Assembly: GCA_000004695.1 (NCBI GenBank)
Contig: CM000150.2
Span: 1,568,001 to 1,632,000, forward strand
Length of the DNA: 64,000 nt
Origin: Dictyostelium discoideum
Taxonomy: Eukaryota
Direction: 5' to 3'
Shown here: positions 1 through 14,310 of the stretch, piece after piece
How the letters are laid out: each line of letters begins with the position of its first letter
Position numbering within the stretch: position 1 is the first letter of the stretch
Notes under the pieces: model-generated
Databases searched by the model: none
Seen by the model: only the letters and a program-made list of their open reading frames with translations
What the model was told of the DNA's origin: nothing
Program-made: the position numbers and the translations under genes

Positions 1-1010
1 ATACAATACCAACATTGGTCGATAAAGAAAGGGGTAAATTAATTCAAAGAAAAACTAGACTCTTAATTAAATCTTGGTTAGAATTGGAAACTACAAAAAA
101 TCGTGAAGAAGTTATAACTTTATTAGTTCAAAATATGCCTGCTCAATCGATTGAAGATGATGGTTTAAAAGAGTTGACCGAACTATTTGTAGATTTATCA
201 ACAAAATCTTACTCTTCAATACTTCCAATTGTAATTGGTGAATTACCAAAATGTAAAATCCCAAAAATCATTGACTCCTATGTAACATTTGCCGATATGG
301 ATGAGATTGAAATAGCAAGACAATTATCACTCCTCACATTCCCTTTATATTCTAGAATTGAAACTTCGGAACTTTTAAATCAACGTTGGTCAAAACCAGG
401 TGGTGGTCCAAATATTATGTCTGTCGTTGGTTTATTTAATAAAATTTCAAATTGGGTTTCATTTACAATTGTTAATCAACCAAAACTTAGAGATAGAGCC
501 GTTGTCTATGGTAAAATGGTTAAAATTGCCAATGCTTTCTATGAACTTCGTAATTATCATCTCTTAATGGCAATTATTTCCGGTTTAAATGCTTCTCCTG
601 TACTTAGATTAAAATATACCAAAGGTAAACTTTCAAAAAATCTTAAAGATAATCTTGATACCTTGGAAGAGTTAATGTCAACTCAATCCTCAATGAAAAA
701 TTATAGAGCAGATTTAGCTGCTGCTAGTCCTCCAGCAATTCCATTTATGGGCTTTCATTTATCTGATCTAGTTTTCATCGATGAAGGTAATCAACAATTA
801 TGTGACTCTAGAATTAATTTCAAAAAATTGGAAATGTATAAAAAAACAATTGCAACACTTCAAAATTTCTCACTTTTCCCTTATCAATTCACTCCTGTTC
901 CAATCATTCAAAATTACTTTTTAGATTATAAAATTGTTGCTGATAAACCGATTTATGAAATGAGTTTATCTGCTGAACCAAGAAATGCTGAAAGATATGA
1001 TATTCAATAA
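1..1010 (+). CDS. RasGEF (Cdc25-homology catalytic domain) protein, C-terminal part; the CDS enters the window from upstream (frame open from nt 3)
   Basis: Translation carries canonical RasGEF motifs (IARQLSLLTFPLYSRIETSELL; PAIPFMGFHLSDLVFIDEGN). There is no stop between the window start and 1010. The listed M at 15 is a TTG. Confidence 0.85.
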   Translation, partial: TIPTLVDKERGKLIQRKTRLLIKSWLELETTKNREEVITLLVQNMPAQSIEDDGLKELTELFVDLSTKSYSSILPIVIGELPKCKIPKIIDSYVTFADMDEIEIARQLSLLTFPLYSRIETSELLNQRWSKPGGGPNIMSVVGLFNKISNWVSFTIVNQPKLRDRAVVYGKMVKIANAFYELRNYHLLMAIISGLNASPVLRLKYTKGKLSKNLKDNLDTLEELMSTQSSMKNYRADLAAASPPAIPFMGFHLSDLVFIDEGNQQLCDSRINFKKLEMYKKTIATLQNFSLFPYQFTPVPIIQNYFLDYKIVADKPIYEMSLSAEPRNAERYDIQ

Positions 1011-1278
1011 ATAAATTTTTTTTAAAAAGAAAAAAAAAAAAAAAAACCTATTACATATGTAAAGTGTATAAATTACAAATTCCAAAAGAAAAAAAAAAAA
1101 ATTAAATAAAAAATAAAGTGTACAAATTTTAAAAAAAAAAAAATTATATGTTTATATTTTATTTTTTTTAAAAATTATTACAATATTTATTTTTAACAAA
1201 TTAATCAATTAATCTTTTTTTTTTTTTTTTTTTTTTTAATTTAATAATGAAAACTATAAATTTTAAATATTTAAAATT

Positions 1279-2190
1279 TTAATGAGAAGTAACTTTTGAA
1301 TATCTTTTAGTGGTAGCAGACGAATAACTATCCTGAGAACGAACTTTAGCTGGTGGTCTACCATCGATTGGGACATAGTTTCTAAACCATTCACCTTTGT
1401 AAACTTGACGTGGACGATAGATTTTAGTTTCTGGATCTTCTAAATGTTCTACCCAATGAGCTAACCAACCAACGGCACGTGGAATAGTGAATAAAACTGG
1501 GAACATATCAGTTGGGAAACCCATTGCTTTATAGATGAGACCAGAGTAGAAATCAACATTTGGATAAAGTTTTCTGCTTACAAAGTATTCATCTTCCAAG
1601 GCTTGTTTCTCCAACTCAGTGGCTACTTCAATCAATGGTTCTTTACCTAAACTTTCGAAAACTTCATAAGCTACTCTACGAATGATCTTGGCTCTTGGAT
1701 CATAGTTTTTGTAGATTCTATGACCGAAACCCATTAATTTCTTCTTTTTGCTCTTTACATCTGAAATGAATTGTGGAATATTCTCTTTGGAACCGATATG
1801 AATTAACATATCCAATACGGCCTCATTGGCACCACCATGAGATGGACCATATAATGCACCAGCGGCACCAGCAACACTTGTGTATGGATCGGTACCTGAT
1901 GATGAAATATGTCTCATTGCAGCGGTTGAACAATTTAATTCATGATCTGCATGAAGAATGAATAAAATTTCCAATGCACGACATAAAACTGGATTTGGTT
2001 TATAGTCTGGTTCTGATAATTTATCCAACATATACAAGAAATTCTCTGTATAACCTAAATGATTCACTGGTGTATTATATGGACGACCAATACGATGTCT
2101 CCATGCACATGCTGCAATTGTTGGTAATTTACCAACAATTCTATAAATTTGTTTATTTCTAACATTTTCACTTTTAAAAATATCTCCACC
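1279..2190 (-). CDS. cshA: citrate synthase, peroxisomal type, exon 4 (last; stop at 1279-1281)
   Basis: Citrate synthase motifs ([47 protein letters not shown]). Acceptor TTTAAAG|GGT at 2191-2192, phase 0. Confidence 0.9.
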   Translation of the reverse strand, partial: GGDIFKSENVRNKQIYRIVGKLPTIAACAWRHRIGRPYNTPVNHLGYTENFLYMLDKLSEPDYKPNPVLCRALEILFILHADHELNCSTAAMRHISSSGTDPYTSVAGAAGALYGPSHGGANEAVLDMLIHIGSKENIPQFISDVKSKKKKLMGFGHRIYKNYDPRAKIIRRVAYEVFESLGKEPLIEVATELEKQALEDEYFVSRKLYPNVDFYSGLIYKAMGFPTDMFPVLFTIPRAVGWLAHWVEHLEDPETKIYRPRQVYKGEWFRNYVPIDGRPPAKVRSQDSYSSATTKRYSKVTSH

Positions 2191-2292
2191 CTTTAAAAAA
2201 AAAAAAAAACAATAATAATAATAATAAATTAATAATTAGAATCTTTTAAATAAAATAATTATTTTTCTTTTTAATTTTGTATTAATACATAC

Positions 2293-2632
2293 AGCTAAAG
2301 CAGGATTTGCTTCTGGATAAAAAGTACCTAAAGCTGCAACAGTACTAATTAACATACCCATTGGATGAGCATCATATCTAAATGTTTTCATAAGACCAAC
2401 CAAATTTTCATGAAGAAAAGTATGAGTCATAATTTTATTACTCCAACCATCTAATTGTGATTTATTTGGTAAGTTACCATTGATTAAAAGATAAGCAACC
2501 TCTAAAAAGTTTGATCTTTCTGCTAATTCTTCAATTGGATAACCTCTGTATCTTAAAATTCCTTTATCACCATCAATATATGTAATGTATGATGTTACAA
2601 CTGCTGTATTTTGGAAACCTGGATCATAAATC
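2293..2632 (-). CDS. cshA: citrate synthase exon 3
   Basis: Continues the CS N-terminal domain (IYDPGFQNTAVVTSYITYIDGDKGILRYRGYPIEELAE...HPMGMLISTVAALGTFYPEANPALA). Donor GTATGT at 2292-2287. Confidence 0.85.
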
Positions 2633-2740
2633 CTTTAAAAAAAAAAATAAATAAAAAAAAATAAAAAATAAAAAATAAAATAATTAGTAACTTGAATCTA
2701 AAGTAATATTTGAAAAAGAGAAAAAAAAAAAAAAACTTAC

Positions 2741-2866
2741 ATTAAACCACCATCACCTTTGGCTAATTGTAATTCTTTAAAGTTTAAAGCATTAATAGTG
2801 TCATTTTTAATTTTGAAATCATAGCTTTTACCATTTCTATTATCTGTAACTGTAACTGTCTCTTTT
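2741..2866 (-). CDS. cshA: citrate synthase exon 2
   Basis: KKETVTVTDNRNGKSYDFKIKNDTINALNFKELQLAKGDGGLM. Acceptor AAAG at 2868-2867. Donor GTAAGT at 2740-2735. Phases consistent. Confidence 0.8.
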
Positions 2867-2869
2867 CTT

Positions 2870-2913
<44 letters not shown>

Positions 2914-2999
2914 GGAATAATCAATAATATAATTGATAAAATGTTAGTATATATGAAATTAAATAAAAATTATATAATTAAATTTTAATATGAACTTAC

Positions 3000-3100
3000 T
3001 TTTTATCAGCAGAAACTGGTGAAGTTAATAATTCATTTTCTTCTTCTTCTTCCTTTGAAAGATGATTGGCAAGTATATTAATACGATCAATATGTGCCAT
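3000..3100 (-). CDS. cshA: citrate synthase exon 1 (start ATG at 3100-3098) encoding an N-terminal PTS2-like signal
   Basis: MAHIDRINILANHLSKEEEEENELLTSPVSADKK. RINILANHL fits the PTS2 consensus R[LI]x5HL. Donor GTAAGT at 2999-2994. Total CDS 1476 nt = 491 aa. Confidence 0.8.
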
Positions 3101-3701
3101 ATTAAAAATATATATTTATAAAATAATAAATATAAATTATGTATTCAAATATATAAAATTATAAATAAAATAATAAAATAAAAAAATAAAATAGATTGAA
3201 GAAAAAAAAAAAAAAAAAAATAAATAATTGAAAAAAAAAATTAAAAAAAAATAATAAAAAAAATTTAAATTGTATACACAGGGGTGAATTTATTTTTTTT
3301 TTGTTTTTTTTTTTTTTTTCATATTTTTTTTTTTTAATAAAAATTAATTTTTATTCAATTTAATTGAAAATTTCAAAAAACCATAATGTCATAAATCTCC
3401 ATTTTTGGTTGATGCTATGGACATAAATGAATTGTTTTTAATTTTTTTAAGTAAATCATAGTGTTATGAAATTTCATATTAAGATAAATAGAGAAAGATT
3501 TTTATGATTTTAAATTAAAAAAAGTAAAATTTACAATGGAATGATTTTGGTGATTAAATTTTATTTTTTAGAAAAAAAAAAATAAAAAATAAAAAAAAAA
3601 AATAAAAATAAAAAAAAAAGAATAAAAAAATCAATGTTTCTATTGGTATCCAGATTTTTCTTTTTTTCTTTTTTTTTTTTATTATTTTTTTTTATTTTCC
3701 C

Positions 3702-3732
<31 letters not shown>

Positions 3733-4844
3733 TTGTAAAAGGTTTATAAAGATAAAAATGGGAAATAAAGATAGGTTTGGGATTAGGAAATTTTATTTGG
3801 AATTTTGGTAAAAGGAAGAATTTGAAATAAAAAAAAATAAAAAAAAAAAATAAAAAAATTATTTCTGATCCAAAAAAAAAAAAAAAATAATAAAAAAAAA
3901 AAAATTAAAATATTAATATTTTAAAAAAATACATAAATAAATTTATTGGGGTTTGGGAAAAAGATATTTTTTTTTTGGGATTTTGGTAAAAGAAAAAAAA
4001 AAAATTTTAAAAATAAAATATAATTTTTTTTTTTTTTTTTTTTTAATTTTATTATCCTATTATTTTATTTTTTTTTTTTATGATTATTTGATCTTACCTT
4101 TGGTGAATGATTTTGGTATTATTTGAATATTATTAAATATTACAAATTCAAAAAAAAAAAAAAAGACTGTGTTTCACCTTTTAAAACTTGTGCTAAAATT
4201 AGAACATATGGAAATGAAATTCAATTTTTGGTTATTATTTATTCTTAAAATTTTTTTTAAGAATTTAATTTTCATAAGGATTACCAAACACCAATTTTTT
4301 TTGATTTGTTTTTTTTTTTTTTTTCTTTTCTTTTAATTTTATTTTTTTTTTTTATTGGTATTTGGAACAATAATATTATTATTAATGCCTTTTCGTTTTT
4401 TTTTTTATTTTTTTTAATTTTTTGTTTTTTTTTTTTTTTTTTGTGATTATTTTTCGAGCCGTTTTTTAAAAGAATCTTGGTGTGTCATAGTGAAATAATA
4501 TGAGGAGCCAATGTGTGCCCCAGATGATGATGGAAAAGTCGACTTCTTTTTTTTTTTATTTTTTTTTTAATTTTTGGAATTATAGAAATTATTTAACCGG
4601 TATGCCGAATGAGTTTTATATTTTTTATTGTGTAATGGCATCATAATTTTTTTATTTTTGAATAGAATTGATTTGAAAGATCATGCAAATGAAATTAAAA
4701 GGCGAGAAAAAAAAACTTTTTTAAAAAAAAAAAAAAAAACAATGTTTTGCATACCCCCCAACCCCTTATAATCGGTCATGAGACTAATTTTAATCCACCA
4801 ATTATCAATTTTATTTTTATAATTATTAAAATAAAAAATAAAAA

Positions 4845-4878
<34 letters not shown>

Positions 4879-5088
4879 ATATTTGTTTCTATAACCTTTT
4901 GCTAGCAAATTATAATTGTTTTTTTTTTTCTTTTTTTTATTTTTTTTTTTTATTTTATTTTTTAAATTTTTTAGATATATACAATAATTTGCATTGCAGC
5001 ACATTATTTTATTTTTAATATTATTTTTATTCATTTTTATACCATTGCATATTAAAATTAAATTATTTGTTTTTTTTTTTTATTTTAC

Positions 5089-5139
<51 letters not shown>

Positions 5140-6563
5140 CGAAAAAGAATAAACAAATATCTCTTTTTCTGTTTTTTTTTTTTTTTTTTTAATCACAAAC
5201 CTTTATATATACTCACAACGTTGTTAAAGTTAGAAACGAAAAACTCAAGCAAAAGCTCGTCTCACCTCTCGACTCCACTTGTTGGATTAGACTGCCTGAA
5301 GAAGAGTCTTTTTAAAAAGAAAGTCCTAGTTAGTTAGTCCTTAAGATTTGGATTATCCTTCTGCTGTGAAATTATTTGAAGGATATCTTGCTTATTATAA
5401 TTAACTTTCAAATTCCAACCTTTTTTTTTTTTTTACTGGATTAAATCAAACCCCAATCCAAGAAAAAAAAAAAAAAAAAAAAAATAATAATTATTTTTAA
5501 AAAAAAAGGAGGGAAAAGAAATCATCATCATTTCTTTGATCCATTACATCTTTAATTTTAAATATATATATATTTTTTTTTCAAAAATATATTAATCATC
5601 ACATTCAGTCTCAATTGATTGTGTTGTATTATCATTTTCAATTTTAATTATCAAATTAAAAATTGTATCAATTTAAACAAAAATACACACACACAATTCA
5701 TTGACTTTTTTTGTGTTTGATTAAATATCAATTTGGCCACTCCCCACCCCCTCAATTAGCCAATTCAAATTTATTCAGTTTTACTCATTAATTAATTGTG
5801 TGTAGTAGCTGCTTATAATTTTTGGGTATAATTTACACTTATACACTTAATTTACAACAATGCTATTTATGGCATTCAAATAATTAACTCTGTAACCCTT
5901 TTTTTTTTTTTTTTACTATTTATTTATAATTATTATTATTATCATTTTTTTTTTTTCATTTCCATTTTACACTTTTTTTTTTCTTCTCAAATTTTTTTTT
6001 TTTTTTTCTTCTATTTATAATTAATATAATTAAACATTTATTATATTAATTTTTTCTTTTTTTTTTTTTTTTATACAACGGATAGATTTCCCACCTCCTT
6101 TTTTTCATTTTTATAAATTCATTCACACATTCTAATTCACACACCTTTACATCTCACACACTAAATTCACACATTCACCCCCACCACCATTATATTCATA
6201 GACATATTTTGTTTTGTTTTTTTTTTTTTTTCTTTTTTCATTTAAATCACAATTGTTTTTTCGTAAAATATTTATAATTTACTCACATCACCCACACAGT
6301 TTTTGTATTATTTACAAATATTTCATTATTTTTTGTTTTTAATTACACATTTTGTTTTTTTTTTGTTTTTGTTTTTTTTTTTTTTTTAATTTATTTTAAA
6401 ATCAATTATATACCCTTTTAAATATATTTATTTATTTTTTATCAATTTATTTGCAATTGTATTGCGCCTATTTATTATTTTTTTTAAATCCATTTTTTTT
6501 TATTATTTTTTTTTTTTTTTTTTTTAAATTTTTATTCATACCAAATTAGTATTTTAAATCAAA

Positions 6564-6614
6564 ATGCAAGATACATTAATTACCGCTACAGTAAACAATT
6601 GCAACATTAACAAC

Positions 6615-6654
<40 letters not shown>

Positions 6655-6746
6655 GTAAAAATAGTAAAAATTTCAATACATCTGATTTATATAACTCTGT
6701 TTCAGATTATAAAGTTGAATCAATCACCGAATTTCAAATTAATCAA
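6564..6746 (+). CDS. PHD-finger protein exon 1
   Basis: ATG at 6564. Donor GTATGT at 6747. In phase with exon 2. Confidence 0.55.
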
Positions 6747-6906
6747 GTATGTATAATTTATTAATTTTTTTTTTTTTTTCTATTTTTAAATATTAATAAT
6801 ATTAATTTTTTTTTTTTTCTTTTTCTTTTATTTTAATTTATTATTATTTATTATTATTATTTATTTATTATTATTTTTTATTATTATTTTTTTTTTTTTT
6901 AAATAG

Positions 6907-7086
6907 ATAAATATGGAACAACAATCAACTAAGAAACGAAGTGCATCTACACTATCAGCACCACCATCAACATCTTCATCAGGAGAAGAAGACAATATTA
7001 TAAATAAAAATAATAAAAATAATAATAATAATAATAATAGTACTAATAATAATAATTCATCAAAAAAGAAGAAAAGAATTTCAAAT
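6907..7086 (+). CDS. PHD-finger protein exon 2 (basic NLS-like KKKKR)
   Basis: Acceptor AATAG at 6905-6906. Donor GTAATT at 7087. Phase 0. Confidence 0.6.
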
Positions 7087-7200
7087 GTAATTATTTAAAA
7101 TTTATAAATAATCAAATATTATAATTTTATTAATCAACATGTTTTTTTTTTTTTTTTATTTTTATTTTTTTTTATTTTATTTTATTTTTTTTTTACATAG

Positions 7201-7986
7201 GAAACAAATGATGATGATAAACCAAAAAGACCAAGAAAGAATGAAGCAGTTTGTACTTTTTGTGAAAAGCCAGGTGAATTATTAATGTGTGATGGGTTAT
7301 GTTTAAGATCATTTCATATTAGTTGTTTAAAAGCCAGAAACTTATATAACCCAAGTTCATCATCAATATCACCAGTTACAACAATTGATGGAACAGTTCG
7401 TTGGGAGTGTAATGATTGTGTTAGTTCTCAAAATTCATGTTTTTCATGTAAAAAGAGAGGTATAATTGGAATTGATTTGATGAAATGTAAAGTTCACCAA
7501 TGTGGTAAATTTTATCATTATAAATGTGTTGCAGATTATAAACTTGCCAAACTTATTAATACTAAAACCCCACGTTTTAATTGTCCACTTCATTATTGCT
7601 CAGTTTGTGAAGTGTCTGGTGATGGTAAACAATCAGTACACTGTTTTAGATGTCCAACTGCCTATCACGTAATTTGTATGCAACCTGGTGTTAAAATGCT
7701 AACTAAAACTAGAGAAACTCGTAAAACTGGTTTAGTCTTATGTCCGAAACATATTGGTGAACAAAATCCACATGATCATGATCAAATCCATAATCATACC
7801 CACACCCACACCCATACCAGTCAATCAAATATCTCATCAACCTCATCTTCATCAGTACCTTCATTAATTATCTCATCAACTTCTGCCATTGGTAGTATAA
7901 ATACAAGTGGTGAAATTTTCCAATCATCACCACCATCATCATTAACTAGAAAATCATCAATTCCAACTAGTATTATCACGAAATCA

Positions 7987-8040
<54 letters not shown>

Positions 8041-8272
8041 TTAAATATTAATAATAATTTAAATATTAATAATAATAACAATAATAATAATAATTTTAAA
8101 CCAATTCAGAATAATATTGAATCAAATATTAATCCATTACATTATTTAATGTATTCAACATCACCAATCACATCACCAACAACTTTATCAATTCCAACAT
8201 CACCATTATCCTCACCATCATATTCACCAAATTATACAGCAAACTTTAAACCAAATTCTTTTGATGTTAATC

Positions 8273-8304
<32 letters not shown>

Positions 8305-8904
8305 CCAATCAAAATACCAAAATATATTAATAATTTTAATGCTATTAAAAATCAACAAAAATTATTAAATACCAATAATAATACCAATAATAATATTTAT
8401 AATAATATTAATAATAGTTATAATAGAAATAACCAAAATAACAATTTAAATATTAATAATATTAATAATAATAATAATAATAATAATGATGGTGAATATG
8501 ATGATTTATATGATGATATTTCTCAATATGCATCAAGTTTAATGTCAATTAAAGATCAAACAGTTTCAGTTTCCTCATTCTCATCACCATCCTCATCCTC
8601 ATCCTCATCAAGTAGAGAAAATTCATTCTCATCAAATATTAATAATATTAATAACAAAACTGATGAATCCACAATCATAATACCAGAATCATTTGAAAAA
8701 ATGCATAATAGTGATAGAGTAGCTTGCCTTAAGAAATCATTACAACAACAAATGCAGCAGCAACAACAACAACAACAACAAGAACAACTTGTTGTTCAAC
8801 CAAAAAAATTAGATGAAGGTAAATTAATTGAACAATTCTTTCAATTTTCCAAATCCAAAAACTTCCATAGCCAAAATTGTAAAAATTCTTTCACCCCATA
8901 TTAA
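7201..8904 (+). CDS. PHD-finger protein exon 3: PHD zinc finger plus second extended PHD/Cys-rich finger; poly-N, poly-Q, poly-S tails
   Basis: Acceptor TTACATAG|[39 protein letters not shown]...WECNDC fits the C4HC3 PHD spacing. Second finger CFSCKKRG...[11 protein letters not shown]...CPLHYCSVC. Confidence 0.8.
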
Positions 8905-9149
8905 TTTATAAATTTATAAAAAAAATTAAAAAAATATTTATTTATATATATATATTTAAAAAATAATAATAATATTAATAATAAAAAAAAAAAAAAAAAA
9001 ATAAAGAAATAAAAATAATAAAGATAATCGAATTATGTATAAGAAAAATATAACTATATTTTACAATCTAAAAAAGTTATTTATTTATTTATTTAAATTT
9101 TTATTTGACCTGCTTGTTTGTTTTTCTTTTTTTTTTTTTTTTTGAATTT

Positions 9150-10427
9150 TTAACATTCATTAGTTAATGGCTCATTAAATAATTTTTTATGTGGGTTATG
9201 ATTATTTTTAATTTTTGAATCTGGTAAAATACTATTGCAAACTATATAAAAGTTTTCATTATATTCATTATTATTATTATTATTATTTAAATTATTAAAA
9301 ATTAAATTATTATTTCCATCATTATCATTATCATTATCTTCATTATCATTCATTTTAACTAACCATGCATCAGGTAAAATAAAAAATTGAAAACCTTGTG
9401 ATGCCATAGAAAAAGTGAATGAAATTTTATCATAATCGTTGGTGGTGGTGGATGATGATAATGTTGATGATGATGGGTACTCTTTGAAAATACGTTCATC
9501 ATAAAATTCTAATAATTGAGATTTATTATATAATAAGTATGGATCATACATCCAACTATATTCAATTTTATAAGGTGATGGATTTGTTGTATCAATTAAT
9601 GAAAACCATTTATTATAATTTGTTGGTGATTGACATTTTAAACATGACTTTTTATTTAAAATTTCAATTAATTTATCATCATAAATAAATGTTTGTAATT
9701 GAAATTTAGTTTCTGGTAAATCATATCTGTTAACTTTTTTTAATGGTTTATTTATTTTTGTTGTTATTTTTGTATTTGTTGTTGCAGATGTTGTTGTTGT
9801 TGTTGACATTGTTGTTGACATTGTTGATATTGTTTTATTTTTATTTTCTAATGTTGTCTTTTTGAGTGTTGAAATTGGTGTTGGAGATTGTGTAGATATT
9901 GTGGTTGGTGCTGTTTTTGTTGAGATTGACGTTAATTGAAATGATGGGACTACAAATGATACTAAATCGCTATTTATTAATTTTTTACTTGGTTGAAGTG
10001 ATGTATATAAAGTTCTTTCTAGATATTGATATATACCATAGTTTGGTAAATAATCAATGTCAATTGTTAAAATCCAATCGGTTTTTGAATTTTTTAATGA
10101 TAAATTTCTTAATGAATTAATTGGATAATAATAATAGTTGAGATTATCTTCCTCATTTGTATTAATTTTATTTTTATTTATAATATTATTATTATTATTA
10201 TTAATAATTGAGTCACTATCTTCATTCCAATATAAGAAATGAAAATCAACAAATTCAGATACTGATAAACTATTTCTAATTAATTTATAAACACTGTCTA
10301 TATCATTTTTATTTTTAATTAAAACTGATGCTGAAATAGGTGCCCTCCAAATATCTGCAATCATTGCAATCTTTTCCATATTTTCAATTGGGACATGTGT
10401 TACTATTGAAATTTCGAATCCATCTTC
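9150..10427 (-). CDS. glycosyltransferase family 49 (B4GAT1 / LARGE C-terminal domain-like) exon 2
   Basis: Recalled similarity to human B4GAT1: [28 protein letters not shown] ~ [42 protein letters not shown] ~ [39 protein letters not shown] ~ [21 protein letters not shown]. Acceptor TTTAG at 10429-10428. Confidence 0.7.
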   Translation of the reverse strand, partial: [425 protein letters not shown]

Positions 10428-10506
10428 CTAAATAAATAAATAAATTTAATTAATTTTATTTTTATAATATGTATTAAAAAAAAAAAAAAAAAAAATTAAT
10501 AAGTAC

Positions 10507-10814
10507 ATTTCTTAATGCTTTATATGCAAATGGTTCATATTGAAATGATTTAATTAAGCCTTTTTTATTTTTAAATTGTTTATGATTTTTTGGAATATTA
10601 TTTTTGTTATTCTTATTATTGTTAATTGGTTCATTGATTAAATTGGGTGAGTTTTTTTGATCAATGTTTGAAATTTTATTAATTTTAATGTTTTTATCTT
10701 TTTTTGCTTCCATACTCCAAATCAAAAAAAAACATAAAAAAACTATAAATACTATTGATATGAAAATCTGAAATGGTTTATTTTTTACACCCTTTTCTTT
10801 ATTGTTATTAATTC

Positions 10815-10845
<31 letters not shown>

Positions 10846-10881
10846 ATTATTATTATTATTATATAAGGGTAGGTATGACAT
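10507..10881 (-). CDS. GT49 glycosyltransferase exon 1: short cytoplasmic tail plus signal-anchor TM (type II Golgi topology)
   Basis: MSYLPLYNNNN...KPFQIFISIVFIVFLCFFLIWS hydrophobic anchor. The only in-frame donor is the unusual GTACTT at 10506-10501. Phase 0 on both sides. Confidence 0.55.
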
Positions 10882-11090
10882 TATTTTTTTATTTTTTTTT
10901 GTTTTTTTTATTTTTCTTTAAATTATAAAATGTATATATAATGAAATATTAAATTGTATTTTAATTTAATAAAATGAATTTAATAAAAAAAAAAAAAAAA
11001 AATTAATAATTAAAAAAAAAAAAAAAAAAACAAATCATTTTTTTTAAATAAATTATTTTTTGATTTTATTATTTTTTTTTTTTTTTTTTG

Positions 11091-11213
<123 letters not shown>

Positions 11214-12248
11214 TTTTTACTTTTATTATTATTTTTATTATTTTGGAAAGGGGTTTTCCTTAATTTTATTTTTTTTATCTGCAGATTGATTTGATCTTTA
11301 TTTTTATTTGATTTTTTTTATTTTTTATTTAATTTTTTTTTTTTTGATTTTAATAATTCCTTTTAAACTTTTTCATATTTTTTTTATTTTTTTATTTTTT
11401 ATTTTTTTTATTTTTATTTTTATAAAAAGAAACTTGGAAATCAAAAAAAAAAAGGTTTAAAAAAAAAAAAGGTTTAAAAAAAAAAAAGGTTTAAAAAAAA
11501 AAAAAAAATAGATACTGGAATAATTAAATTAAATATAACACGTTTGCATAAATGATGATATAAATACTATTTTTAGAATTTATTTCACCATTTGAGTACT
11601 TGATATTTTTTTTTTTTTTTTTTTTTTTTTTGATTTCAAATACCGATAATTATAATCGTTCGTTTTTGAATATTTTTATTTTTTTTTTTTTATTTTTTTT
11701 ATTTTTTTATTTTTTTATTTTTAATTTTTTTTTTTTTTTTGAAAAAAAAGATTCTTTTTTAAAGTTTGATTCCAGCCTCTACACTTTTTTTTTAAAATTT
11801 TAATTTCTAGAATAATACATATAGTCTCCATAATTCATATAAAATTATAATTTTATGACTTTATTCCTTTTTTAATATTTTAAACATATTTTAAAATTAA
11901 AATTTTTTTTTTTTTTAATTTTTTAATTTTTTTTTTTTTTTTTTTTTTTATTTTTTCATCCTTTTTTTTTTTTTTTTTTTTTTTTCATTAATAACTAAAA
12001 AAAAAAAAAAATTGTGGGTTACCCCCTCACAAATAGTATCAATATTAATAGTAATAATAAAATTAATAACAGTAACAATAACCAATCATAAATATTCAAT
12101 ACTATAGTTTTTTTTTTTTTTTTATAAATTTTTAAAAATAGGTATAATAAAAATATAAGAAATCAAATAAAAATAAAATAAAATAAAAAAATAAACAAAA
12201 TTCTTCTTTATCTCTTAATCTCACAAAATAAAACAATGTATATAGAAT

Positions 12249-12284
<36 letters not shown>

Positions 12285-12520
12285 ACACAGGAAAAAAAAA
12301 AAAAAAAAAAAAAAACACAAACTTAAATTTAATAAATAAAATAAATTAATTTAAATTTTAAAATTAATATTTTGTATTGTATCGATAGAACATAAAACCT
12401 TAAAAAAATAAGAAATAAATAATATTTTTTGTATAATAATTAAAAAGTTTTTTTTTTTTTTTTTTTATTTTTTTGTTTGGAATAAATTAAAGAAAAAAAA
12501 AAAAAAAAACAAAACAAAAA

Positions 12521-13951
<1,431 letters not shown>

Positions 13952-14310
13952 TAATAATTATAATATTGGTATCTTAATGGGCGCTTTAGGTAGTAATAAT
14001 TAATAATAAAAAATCAAAATCAAAATCAACAAAACAACTAGAAACAAAAGAAAAAAAAAAAAAAAAAAAAAAAACACATTGGTAGATTATATATAATTTA
14101 TACATTCACTATTTATAAAGAAAAAAAATATCTTTTCTTTATTTTTTTATCATTTATTATTTTTTTTTCCAATATCTAAAATCTAAAACAAACAAATAAA
14201 TATAAATAAAATTGTACATATCTTTTTTTTTTTTTTTTTTTCCAATTAAAAAATATCTATTAAATAAACACTATTTTTTAGTTTTTTTAAACCAAAAAAA
14301 AAGAATTAAT

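Noticed and set aside
1773-2162. Two plus-strand 62-aa ORFs
   Set aside because: Antisense to the strongly supported citrate synthase exon 4.
4681-5034. 117-aa minus-strand ORF rich in K/N/F
   Set aside because: Translation of A/T homopolymers in an intergenic desert; no start context and no domain.
7821-8081. Minus-strand poly-L ORF inside the PHD-finger gene
   Set aside because: Antisense of an (AAT)n tract in the real CDS.
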